Origin: the human T2T-CHM13v2.0 reference genome, Homo sapiens
Length of the DNA: 64,000 bases
Reading direction: 5' to 3' (one strand)
NCBI RefSeq assembly: GCF_009914755.1
Contig: NC_060927.1
The translations under genes and the position numbers were made by a program. The notes beneath the pieces are model-generated. The model had not been told where the DNA came from, ran no database searches, and saw only the letters and a program-made list of their open reading frames with translations. Shown here in pieces: positions 12,517 to 23,559 of the stretch; the first letter of the stretch is position 1; each line of letters opens with the position of its first letter.

Positions 12517-14391
12517 TTTTCTTTTTTTTCTTTATTATTATTATTATTATTTTTTGAGACGGAGTCTGGCTCTGTTGCCCAGGTTGGAGTGCAGTTACGG
12601 TATGATCTCAGCTTACTGCAACCTCCGCCTCCTGGGTTCAAGGGATTCTCCTGCCTCAGCCTCCAGAGTAGCTGGTGAGAGGTGACAGCATGCTGGCAGT
12701 CCTCAGAGCCCTCGCTTGCCCTTGGCACCTCCTCTGCCTGGACTCCCACTTTGGCGGCACTTGAGGAGCCCTTCAGCCCACCACTGCACTGTGGGAGCCC
12801 CTTTCTGGGCTGGCCAAGGCTGAAGCCCACTCCCTCAGCTTGCAGGGAGGTGTGGAGGGAGAGGCGCGAGTGGGAACCGGGGCTGCGTGCGACGCTTGCG
12901 GGCCAGCTGGAGTTCCGGGTGGGCATGGGCTTGGCGGGCCCCGCACTCGGAGCAGCCGGCCAGCCCTGCTGGCCCTGGGCAATGAGGGACTTAGCACCCG
13001 GGCCAGTGGCTGCGGAGGGGGTACTGGGTCCCCCAGCAGTGCCAGCCCACAGGCGCTGTGCTCAATTTCTCGCCGCGCCTTAGCTGCCTTCCTGCGGGGC
13101 GGGGCTCGGGACCTGCAGCCCGCCATGCCTGAGCCTCCCACCCACTCCATGGGCTCCTGTGCAGCCCGAGCCTCCCCAAAGAGCACCACCCCCTGCTCCA
13201 CGGTGCCTAGTCCCATCGACCACCCAAGGGCTGAGGAATGCGAGCGCACGGCACGGGATTGGCAGGCAGCTCCACCTGCAGCCCCGGTGCAGGATCCACT
13301 AGGTGAAGCCAGCTGGGCTCCTGAGTCTGGTGGGGCCTTGGAGAACCTTTATGTCTAGCTCAGGGATTGTAAATACACCAATCAGCACCCTGTGTTTAGC
13401 TCAAGGTTTGTGAGTGCACCAATCGACACTCTGTATCTAGCTGCTCTGGTGAGGACGTGGAGAACCTTTATGTCTAGCTCAAGGATTGTAAATACACCAA
13501 TCGGCACTCTGTATCTAGCTCAAGGTTTGTAAACACACCAATCAGCACCCTGTGTTTAGCTCAAGGTTTGTGAATGCACCAATTGACACTGTATCTAGCT
13601 GCTCTGGTGGGGCCTTGGAGAACCTGTGTGTCGAAACTCTGTATCTAACTAATCTGATGGGGACGTGGAGAACCTTTGTATCTAGCTCAGGGATTGTAAA
13701 TGCACCAATCAGCGCCCTAACAAAACAGGCCACTCGGCTCTACCAATCAGCAGGACGTGGGTGGGGCCAGATAAGAGAATAAAAGCAGGCTGCCGGAGCC
13801 AGCATTGGTAACCTGCTCAGGTCCCTTTCCACGCTGTGGAAGCTTTGTTCTTTTGCTCTTTGCAATAAATCTTGCTACTGCTCACTCTTTGGGTCCACGC
13901 TGCTTTCATGAGCTGTAACACTCACCGTGAAGATCTGCAGCTTCACTCCTGAGCCCAGCAAGACCACGAGGCCACCGGGAGGAACGAACAACTCCAGACG
14001 TGCTGCCTTAAGAGCTGTAACACTCACCGCAAAGGTCTGCAGCTTCACTCCTGAGCCAGCGAGACCACGAACCCACCAGAAGGAAGAAACTCCGAACACA
14101 TCTGAACATCAGAAGGGACAGACTCCAGATGTGCCACCTTAAGAGCTGTAACACTCACCGTGAGGGTCCGCGGCTTCGTTCTTGAAGTCAGTGAGACCAA
14201 GAACCCACCAATTCTGGACACACTGAGATTACAGGCATGCACCACCACGCCCGGCTAATTTTGTATTTTTAGTAGAGACAAGGTTTCTCCATGCTGGTTC
14301 TGACTGGTGTCAAACTCCCGACCTCAGATGATCCGCTGGCCTTGGCCTCCCAAAGTGCTGGGATTACAGGTGTGAGCCGCCGTGCCAGGCC
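12517..14391 (-). mobile_element. AluS (Sp-like) split by an LTR12 insertion (Alu parts 12517-12675 and 14223-14391)
   Basis: The halves rejoin to GAGTAGCTGG|GATTACAGG. TSD ATGCTTTGC(C)TTTTTGTT at 12499-12516 and 14392-14408. GGTTTCTCC is Sp-like. Confidence 0.88.
12676..14222 (+). mobile_element. LTR12C (HERV9) solo LTR
   Basis: Termini TGAGAGGTGACAGC...CCAATTCTGGACACA. Tandem CCAAT-containing U3 repeats; CCAAT/CACCC/GATA/AATAAAA core promoter at 13743-13784; AATAAA at 13864. 4-bp TSD CTGG/CTGA. Confidence 0.95.
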
Positions 14392-14401
14392 ATGCTTTGC
14401 T

Positions 14402-15385
14402 TTTTGTTCTCAACAGTTTTACTCAGAATTCACATAACACCCAATTCCATCCACTTAGGTGTGTAACTCAATGGCTTTTTCTATCTTCACAGAGTTGTGC
14501 AACCATCACAGCTATTCAATTCCAGGACATTTTCATTACCCCAAAGAAAAACCATGTATGTCCCCTTTCCTCCATATCCCCCAGCCCCTGACAACCAGTG
14601 TTCTGCATTCTGTGTCTGCAGATTTGCCCATTCTGGATGTTTCATATAAGTGGAATCATAAATTAGTAGTTCTTTCCGACTGGCTTCTCTCACTGAGCAT
14701 GTTTCCAAGGTTCACCCGGGTTGCGGTATGTGTAAGTATTTCCCTTTGTATGGCTGAATAATACTCCACTGTAGGGTGCACCACATACTGTTTATCCACT
14801 TGGCAATTGATAGGCATTTGGGCTATTTCCACTTTTTTGCTAAACTGAATAATGCTGCTGTGAATATTCAGGTACAATTTTGGGGTGAACATTCATTTCT
14901 CTGTTGTAAAGAGCTAGGAGTGGAATTTCTGGGTCACATGGTCACTCCATATTTAATCATCTAAGGAGCTGCCAGTCTATTTTCCAAAGCATCTGCGCCA
15001 TTTTACATTCCACCATGTATGGAATCAATGAGGGTCCCAGTTTCTCTGCTTCCTTGTCAGCATTTGTTCTTATGGGTTTTTTATTCTAGCCATCCTAGCA
15101 GGTGTGAGGGGACCCTGCTGCAGCTTTGATTTGCATTTCCCCGAGGGCTAGGAATTTTGAGCATCATTTCATGTTCTTTGTGGCCACTTGTATATCTTCT
15201 TTGGAGAAATGTCTACTCAAGTCCCTTTCCCACTTTTAAATTTGATTATTTGTCTCTTTATTATTGAATTATAATAGTCCTATATGTATTCTAAATACCA
15301 ATCCATTATCAGATGTATGATTTGCAAAATTTTTCACACATTATGTGAATTTTTTCACTTTTTTAATGGTGCCCTTTCAATGCAC
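14402..15385 (-). mobile_element. L1MB-type LINE-1 3' fragment
   Basis: TTCACAGAGTTGTGCAACCATCAC, GGCTGAATAATACTCCA and TCTTCTTTGGAGAAATGTCTA are reverse-strand L1M 3' region signatures. Confidence 0.85.
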
Positions 15386-15479
15386 TGCTTCTAATAAGAG
15401 AATGATAAATCTGAAGTTAGTTTCAGTGGTGGGGTGTGGGATCCAAGAGAGGGAGAGTGGAGCCGCAGGCAGGGCAGTA

Positions 15480-15927
15480 CCCAGGGAAGACAGGAAGAGC
15501 TGAAGGGAAGACAGAGGAGGAGCAGGCAGACAGGGTGGGGCCCAGGGAAGACAGAGGAAGAGCTGCAGGGAAGACAGAGGAGGAGCAAGCAGACAGGGTG
15601 GGTCCCAGGGAAGACAGAGGAAGAGCTGCAGGGAAGACAGAGGAGGAGCAAGCAGACAGGGTGGGGCCCAGGGAAGACAGAGGAAGAGCTGTAGGGAAGA
15701 CAGAGGAGGAACAGGCAGACAGGGTGGGGCCCAGGGAAGACAGAGGAAGAGCTGCAGGGAAGACAGAGGAGGAGCTGGCAGACAAGGTGGGGCCCAAGGA
15801 AGACAAAGGAGGAGCTGGCAGGGAGGGCGGGGTCCAGGAAGACAGAGGAGGAGCTACAGGGAGGGCGATTCCCAGGGAAGACAGAGGAGGAGCTGCAGGG
15901 AGGGCAGGGTCCAGGGAAAACAGAGGA
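15480..15927 (+). repeat. Minisatellite/VNTR with a 63-bp unit that decays into ~39-bp units
   Basis: Unit CCCAGGGAAGACAGAGGAAGAGCTGCAGGGAAGACAGAGGAGGAGCAAGCAGACAGGGTGGGG starts at 15541, 15604, 15667, 15730 and 15793 (exact 63-bp period), with a 61-bp copy at 15480. Confidence 0.95.
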
Positions 15928-16699
15928 ACGCCAATGCTGGACACCAGAACGTGGAACACAAGTTCCTTTGACGTGTCTCTTGGTGATAAACCCTGTCTTT
16001 TTTTCTGAAGTTACCTTTAATTCGTTTCACCCTCTTTCTTGAAAGATAGTTTTGCTGGGTATGCAATGCTAAGTGGAGCCATTTTTGTAGCACTTTGAAG
16101 ACACCAATCCACTGTTCTGTGGCCTCAGTAGCTGCCCTGAGGAGGTGGGCTGCCAGTCAAACTTTTTCCTCAAAGGTGATTTTCTTTTTTACTGGCTATG
16201 TTTAGGATCTTCTTTTCATCTTTGGTGTTCTGCAATTTGGATACAATGTCTTGTCGACTCCTGCCTCACAGCTGGGGAAGAATGTTCTGGATATCAACAC
16301 TTCCAGTGGGGGTCTTCTGGAGAGCCCACCAGAGGTCATTTCTCAGCCTTCCCAGTGATGGAGTGAGCATGCCGTTCCCACTGCTCCATACCTTTCTCCT
16401 GAATCACTGCAGTGGTGTCTGTTTTGTGCAACAAACCCTTACTGGACGGGGGCCCTCACCCCCTGCCATGATCCTGTGAGCAGCATTTTGTTTTTCCTCT
16501 AAGTCCCAGAGGCCCTGACCCTGATGAATGTCTGGAGGGGTGGGGCTCACACTTCCCCTCAGGGTTTCTCCACCCCTAGGGTTTCCCATTCTTGCTCCCA
16601 CCCACTGAGGGAGCACTATGCGGGAGTCAGGGAGCTCCTCTTTCGCCCCTTTTGGAGCCTGGTCATGCTGCTTGATCACGGTCATTTCCTTAGAGATCT

Positions 16700-19600
16700 G
16701 AACCAGGGCGGGCATGATGCGGATGGGGAAGCATTACTGTCACAACCCCATCCCCAGTCTGACAGCTCCTCCTAACCAGCAGGGCTCCTCACTGGCCTTT
16801 TTCACAAGCATGGGTCTTTTCCAGCAGTCTTTAGCTCTGGTTACCGGCAGAAGCCCATCTCTGTCTGCAGTCTTGGACACTGCACCTGGGACAGGTGTCT
16901 GTTACCCAGAGCTGCTGTAGCCACCAACAGGTGAGAGATTGGCATGTTCCGTAGCTTAACCATCCAGTAGTTGAGATTGTCCCCTCTGCCTCCACCCATG
17001 GAGGTCGATGATGGCTGGGGGTGCCTGCTTGGACACCAATAAAAAGGGCAGGCAGCACGGCCCCTGCCTCCTGGCAGCGTAATCCTGGATTAGGAAGCTG
17101 CTGCATGGCTGCAGAGCCACTTCATTCCTGGGGCGAGTTCCCAGCACGCCCGATAAAGCCCCATTAAATCTCCCAGGTGGGGGCCCTTGAGGGTTGATAG
17201 GCAGTCATTCTTGGCTTTTGAATTCCTGCCAGTTGAAATACTTCCCATAGCAACTGACTCTCAAAATGCCTTCCATGGTGAGGATGGGTTGGAGTTTGGA
17301 GAAGAAATTTCCCCACTGCTCTGTGCCCTGGAGGCTTGCAGATCCGCAGCAAGGGGCACCATGAGAGTGGATGGCCAGTGATCCTGGGGCTGGGTTTCTG
17401 GGTTCTGACCACTGAGCTCTAGAAACTAAATAGCCACCAGGCCTAGGAATTCTAAGCTTTGCTGGTCTGAATTCTCCATCCACCACACCTACTCCAATGC
17501 CTTTTTCTCAGCGACTCCCTCCCTGTTTGAATGGCCGTTTCCAACAGTGGCCCCTGTCCCTCAGTCCTGCCATCTTTTCCCCAAAACACGCATTGCCATA
17601 GTTTTATCTATCTGATTTATTGGCCTGTGAGAACAAGGGTTTTGTCTGTCTCAGCTCCTGCTGTGTCTTTAGCCCTTGGGACAGTGCTCAGCACACAGTA
17701 GGTCCTCAGTAAATACCCAGTGAATGGAAAAATGAACGACAACTGAATGCTGGTCTTTGCACACACATGGCTGCGCTTCTGTGCACACACCCTGCCTATC
17801 TCCAGCCAGACAAGTGTGCAAAGTTGTCCCCCACTCCCCTGGTGCCACGGACACCTCTCCAAGGTGGCACGAGCTGTCTCCACAGCCATTCCCAGGGCTT
17901 TGCAAGACCCGAAAATTGGGTACAATGGACAATTTTTCACCTCCCAGGGTAGAACTTCTGTGCTTTAAAGAATCAGAGGCCTCCCCACCCCTCTGTGGGG
18001 CCATGACTGTGGTCACCAACCCTGCTGTGCCCACAGAGCTTTGAGTGCAGGCTTCACAGGACCTCCCCACGCAGAAGCCACCGTGGGCTTCAGGTTAGGA
18101 GGTGACAAGGCTGTCAGGGCCGTGATTGCAAAGCTGTCTCCATCACATCCCCTGCTGCTCCTTGCAGGAAGACACAGAGTCCATTTCCCATCCCATGAAA
18201 TCGGGCTGCTTCCATGACCCACTTTGGCCCATAAAGTGTGGCAGAAGTTCTGGTAGTCAGCCCCAAGGCGGTGCCACTCTGTCTGGAATCAGGAGAACAG
18301 GCCGGGAGCCGCTGGGGCTGAGTCTGGAATGTCCTCAGTGTTCCACTTCCCTGTCCGCTCAGAGTGCATCCAAAGGCCAAGGACCTGGAGACCTTCCCAC
18401 ACTTGCGGCTGCCGCTAGGACCGGCCTTGGAGTGCACAGTACTGCCTTGGCTTGGCTGCCCAGGATCTGAACTCCCTCTCGACCCCGGGCGGCTCTGCCT
18501 GCCGAGGCTCAATCTTCCCTTGCAAGGTTGGGCAGGTCCAGGCTCCCTTCCCAGCCTCCTTTGCAGCAGCACACCACAGCGTGGAGGATCTGGTCAGGGT
18601 CAGCCCCACCAGTGGCAGCCTGCTCGAGGTGAGCGGTGGCTATGCAAAGGCGCACCCACAGCTCCATGGCAGCACCAGGGGACTCCGCACCAGCCTGGGC
18701 TGGGGTGTGGTTTTTGGCTGTGGTCCTGGCTGTGGCTTTTCCTGCTTTGTCCCCATTTCCTCCAGGCCTCCTGAAGAGCCTCTGAGCTAGCCCTATCAGT
18801 GCATAGAGTCTCCAAGGTTTGCAACTAAGACCCCTGATGGTGTCAAGGTCCCTGCGTGGGCCAGGCCCTGGAGTCAGATTGACCAGGTGCTTGGCCAGAC
18901 AGCACTTCTCTCTGGGTCACCCAGGACACCCATTCTCTGCAGTTGGATAAGACAGGGTCAGGAAATAGGAGAGGACCTGTGTACACTCCCAGATGGCAAA
19001 TAATGTGCCCACATGTGTCCCCGTGGGGCAGCATAATGGCCCCTGTCTGCAGACTCTCCCCTCCCACTCAAGAGTCTTGAACCCAGGACTTGGTTTCTCT
19101 GAACCTAAGCACATTATCCCCAAACTCTGCCACTTCAGTCCTGCTGGCACCCCAGGCACTCTCCCCACACCTGCCTGGGGCTCCCCAGAGCTCCTGAAAC
19201 ATCCCAGCAAACAAAAATGTCCTCCTGGGCAAAGATGCTGGCTTTTCCTCCTCCACTTGCCCACCCCCAATACATAGTCCTTGCATCTCCTGCAGGCAGC
19301 CCAGTGGGTGCCAAGCCCCTGGTGGACCACAGCACATGGGATTTGTGCCGTCACTAGTGCATGTCCTGATTCCTCAGATTTCTCAGGCTCTGTTGTGCTG
19401 GGGTGCACGCTGGGAGGCTTATGTGTATTACACTGCTCCTCGTGTCTCCCTTTTGTACACTTACGTACCAGTGATGGGTCGGTCCTTCCAAGACACCGTC
19501 TAAGAGCCCAGGGGCCCTGCCACTCACCAGGGCCCACTCCATTGTCATAAGCCTGAGTCCCAGGTGGGTCTTCATTTGGGACTTCTCCCACTCCTTCAGT

Positions 19601-19975
19601 GTTGGGCCTTCATGAGTGCTAAGTTATCTACACACAGTTCCCTGGCACCATCCTTGGTGTGCATGCCCAGGAGGCCCAGCAGAGATGTTCTCATGGCCCG
19701 TGTAGTGACTTTGCCGTGCAACTTTGGCCAAAAACTGTTCCCTAGCCACAGAGCAACTGTGTCAGCCAGAGTTCCCAGCTGCAGGCAAACAGAAACGAGC
19801 TCTGATTTGAAGGGAATGAAATCTATTGAAAGGTTATAGGGGACCTCACAGAGCCTCCAGGAGTCCATGCAGCCAAAGTTGTGCTGCAAGGCTGGGCTGA
19901 GGCACATGTGGCTGCTGCCTTGTGCATTTGCCAGTGTCGCATGCTTTTGGCCTTCCTGCAGTCCCCGCTGCAACT
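16700..19975 (-). pseudogene. Fossil Ty3/Gypsy LTR-retrotransposon pol (RT - RNase H - integrase), frameshifted; MamGyp-like
   Basis: Ordered motifs on the minus strand: HTKDGARELCVDNL (19661-19620), GLLD and HWYVSVQKGD (19509-19444), IFAQEDIFV (19236-19210), AGLKW (19144-19130), KPWRLY/TD-AS (~18822-18785), DAL (18370-18362), HRGVGRPLIL/QKFYPG/GMAVE..ERC (17997-17851), GRHFESQLLWEVFQLAGIQKPRMTAYQP (17274-17191), GRFNGALSGVLGT (17174-17136), IIDL (17012-17001). Confidence 0.82.
17595..17748 (+). mobile_element. L2 3' end inserted in the Gypsy fossil
   Basis: GTGAGAACAAGGGTTTTGTCTG...ACAGTGCTCAGCACACAGTAGGTCCTCAGTAAATA...TGAATG matches the L2 terminus. Confidence 0.8.
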
Positions 19976-20169
19976 ACAGCAGCCTCTGATGCCCTCACAG
20001 TGGCCCTTGCTTGTGTCACCAGCTTCCTGGTCAAATTTGGGGCTGAGGGTCTGATGGTGGAGCCTAGGTCCTGCTCTCCAGCCCCGGGCACCACTGGGAG
20101 CTTGTTAATGCCCAAATCTGAGGCCTCAATGAGGCTTAGGGAGAACCTGCATTTTAACTAGATTCCCAT

Positions 20170-20600
20170 TGTACTAATTATCTTTTCCTGCATAACAATT
20201 ATTGCAAAACTCAGTGGCTTAAGACAACAAACGCTGATGATCTCACACTGCTCCTGAGGGCCAGCAAGTGGCTGGGCTGATGGCTCTGCTTCACTGTCTC
20301 ATTAGGCTGCAGCCACCTGCAGGTTTGACTGGGGCTGGTGGGTCTGCTCCCAACGTGACTTGCTCACTGCTGGTGTTGGCAGAAGGCTGTGGCTCCTCAT
20401 TGTGGGGACTCTCCATGGGACTGCTTGAGTGTCCTTGCAATATGGCGGCTGGCTTCCCTGGAGCGAGTGACCCAAGAGAAAGCCATGTTGTGGCCTAACC
20501 TTGCAAATCACATGTGTCACTACACAGGTTGGCCCCACTCAGCCTGGGAGGGACTGTGAGGTGGAGAAGGTGAGGACCTGGGCTTTTGTGGGGCTCTGCT
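20170..20600 (-). mobile_element. MLT1 (F-like) MaLR LTR
   Basis: TGCATAACAA...CAAAACTCAGTGGCTTAAGACAACAAAC and CTGCTTGAGTGTCC...ATGGCGGCTGGCTTCCC. Confidence 0.75.
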
Positions 20601-20644
20601 CATAGAAAGAGTATTCACCTTGCAGGACAGCCAAAAACAATGAC

Positions 20645-20930
20645 TAGGATTATTCTCTTGTCCTTTTTCTAACCTACTGAGTTGGATGTTTAATTCAATT
20701 ATTTGCATTGCTTCTTGTTTATTAATATAAACGTTTAAGGCTATGAATTTTCCTCTGAGGAACAATAGCTCCAATAGTGTTTTTATTATTTCTGAATATG
20801 TCAATTTGGAATTTTATTTCTTCTTTGATCCAAGTTTTGCTTAAGAGAGCTTTAAAATTTCCAAGCAAAGGGCCTTTATATTAGTTATATCTGGTTTTAT
20901 TGCATTGTGAATAGAGACTTTTTTCTGTAT
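20645..20930 (-). mobile_element. Ancient L1 ORF2 fragment
   Basis: Translates LRGKFIALNVYINKQE...IELNIQLSRLEK, resembling L1 ORF2 just after the endonuclease domain. Confidence 0.8.
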
Positions 20931-21418
20931 TTTTTTAAACAAAATAAAATGTATATGGCTTAAAAATTCAAATCGTAGCATTATCAAGCTTAAAACAAAA
21001 ATCTTCTGACCCCTCTCCTTCCCTTGAACACTCCAACTCCACTTAGTCCTTGAGGCAACTGTCTTCGGCCCTCTTCAATGGCTTTTCTGTTATGTCCCAC
21101 CCCAGGCCTGAGAACAGGACTGCACCATCAATTCCAGACATTCCAATATTAGGCACTATCTGCTATCATTGTCCTAAGACCAGGACGCAGCTTTTTATCT
21201 TCCCCTGTTTTTACACACGTCCCCCCTCCCTGTCCTATTCTCGTAGTCATATCACGATTTTTGGTGAAATGCATTTCTAGCACTGGTATTCCTCTGGTTG
21301 TGTAAATATTGTTCATAGATGAGTCCCATAGTGCACCATGATTACATTGATTTTCTTATGCAATTTTCCCTCTGGATTTGCCCCATTTTAGGGGTTTGCT
21401 TGGTTTTTATTATTGTTG

Positions 21419-23192
21419 TGGGTCTGGAATTCATGGGTTCTTGGTCTCACTGACTTCAAGAATGAAGCCGCGGACGCTTGCAGTGAGTGTCACACTTCTT
21501 AAATGCGGCGTGTCCGGAGTTTGTTCCTTCTGATGTTCAGATGTGTTTGGAGTTTCTTCCTTCTGTTCTGGTGGGTTCGTGGTCTTGCTGACTTCAGGAC
21601 TGAAGCTGCAGACCTTTGAGGTGAGTGTTATAGCTCATAAAGGCAGTGTGGACCCAAAAAGTGAGCAGCAGCAAGATTTATTGCAAAGAGCAAAAGAACA
21701 AAGCTTCCACTGTGGGGAGGGGGACCCGAGGCGGTTGCCACTGCTGGCTCGGGCAGCCTAATTTTATTCTCTTATCTGGCCCCACCCACATCCTGCTGAT
21801 TGGTCCATTTTACAGAGAGCCAATTGGTCTGTTTTACAGAGAGCTGATTGGTCCGTTTTGACAGGGTGCTGATTGGTGCGTTTACAATCCCTGAGCTAGA
21901 CACAAAAGTTCTCCATGGTCCCCACTAGATTAGCTAGATACAGAGTGTTGATTGGTGTATTTACAAACCCTGAGCTAGACTCAGAGTGCTGATTGGTGCA
22001 TTTACAAACCTTGAGCTAGATACAGAGTGTCGATTGGTGCATTCACAATCCCTTAGCTAGACATAAAGATTCTCCAAGTCCCCACCAGATTAGCTAGACA
22101 CAGAGCGCTGACTGGTGCATCCACAAACCCTGAGCTAGATACAGAGTGCCGACTGGTGTATTCACAATCCCTTAGCTAGACATAAAGATTCTCCAAGTCC
22201 CCACCAGATTAGCTAGATACAGAGTGCCAACTGGTGCATCCACAAACCCTGAGCTAGACACAGGGTGCTGACTGGTGTTTACAAACCTTGAGCTAGATAC
22301 AGAGTGCTGATTGGTGTATTTATAATCCCTTAGCTAGACATAAAGGTTCTCCAAGTCCCCACTAGACTCAGGAGCCCAGCTGGCTTCACCCAGTGGATCC
22401 CGCACAGGGGCTGCAGGTGGAGCTGCCTGCCAGTCCCGTGCTGTGCCCCTGCACTCCTCAGCCCTTGGGCGGTCGCCGTGGAGCAGGGGACGGCACTTAT
22501 CAGGGAGGCTCTGGAGGCGCAGGAGCCCGTGGCGGGGGCAGGGGAGGGGTGGGGGGCCAAGGGAGGGGGGCAGGGGGTGGGGGGGATGGGGGACGGGGTG
22601 GCAAGGGGAGGGGGCAGGGGGGGGAGGGGAGGGGGGCAGGGGCAGCAAGGGGGGGCGAGGGGAGGGGGGGCAGGTATGCGGGGGGGTGGTGAGGGGAGGG
22701 GGGCGGGGGGTGGGGGGGGCAGGGGGAGGCAGGAGGCCCAGGCATGTTGGGCTGCAGGTCTGGAGCCCTGCCCCACAGGGAGGCAGCTAAGGCCCAGCAA
22801 GAAATCGAGTGCAGCGCTTGTGGGCCGGCACTGCTGGGGGACCTGGCGCACCCTCCGCAGCTGTTGGCCCAGGTGCCAAGCCCCTCACTGCCCGGGGCTG
22901 GCGAGTTGGCCGGCTGCTCCAAGTGCGGGGCCTGCCAAGCCCACACCCATCCGGAACTCTAGCTGGCCCACAAGCGCTGCCCACAGCCTGGTTCCTGCCC
23001 GCGCCTCTCCCTCCACACCTCCCGGCAAGTTGAGGGAGCCGGCTCCAACCTCAACCAGCCCAGAGAGGGGCCCCCACAGTGCAGTGGCAGGCTGAAGGGC
23101 TCCCCAAGCTTGGCCAGAGCAGATGCCGAGGCCAAAGAGGCACCAAGAGCCAGCGAGGGCTGCAAGGGCTGCCAGCATGCTGTCACCTCTCA
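21419..23192 (-). mobile_element. LTR12-family (HERV9) solo LTR with an internal G-run expansion
   Basis: Termini TGGGTCTGGAATT...TGTCACCTCTCA. Perfect 4-bp TSD GTTG (21415-21418 and 23193-23196). ATTGG repeat array; TTTTATT at 21762. Confidence 0.95.
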
Positions 23193-23559
23193 GTTGGTTT
23201 CTCAAACATATTTAGTAATCCACCAACTTTAATTTTTTCTTGACAACATCACTCCTGGAGCCCCGGATGCTTACACTGGCTGTTGCTGTGTTCTTGGTCT
23301 CTCTGTCTTCACTGCCCTGGGAACCCCCTGGCCTTAGCTCTGGGCTCCAGCCTCAAGGTTGTTACCGAGCGAAGGGGCTCACTGCCTTGTGTGCTAGAGG
23401 CCAACATCGTGATACTTATGAGAAAATAAAAGCTTGACTCCCAAGAATTTCTGTTAGTCACTGGTTTTTAAAAAGCTCTTTGGGGCATAGTTTCAGGGTC
23501 TGATATCCTGGTGCCCCTTTCTGCCCTGGCTTGGGCATGCACATAGACCTAGCACATTT

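Noticed and set aside
13350-13720. CRISPR-like array in the LTR12 U3 repeats (also ~21870-22340 and ~42340-42700)
   Set aside because: These are contiguous ~41-bp enhancer repeats without unique spacers, in mammalian DNA with no cas genes.
18917-19591. ERVL protease reading (GLLD.., AQ..V..G..TH..G) of the 224-aa ORF region
   Set aside because: The upstream KDG..LCVD motif and the downstream YxDD-like, RNase H and integrase motifs fit Gypsy RT far better and in the right order.
20170-20600. MLT1 LTR as the 5' LTR of the pol fossil
   Set aside because: MaLR elements do not carry Gypsy pol, and a MER5-like fragment (~20095-20165) lies between them.
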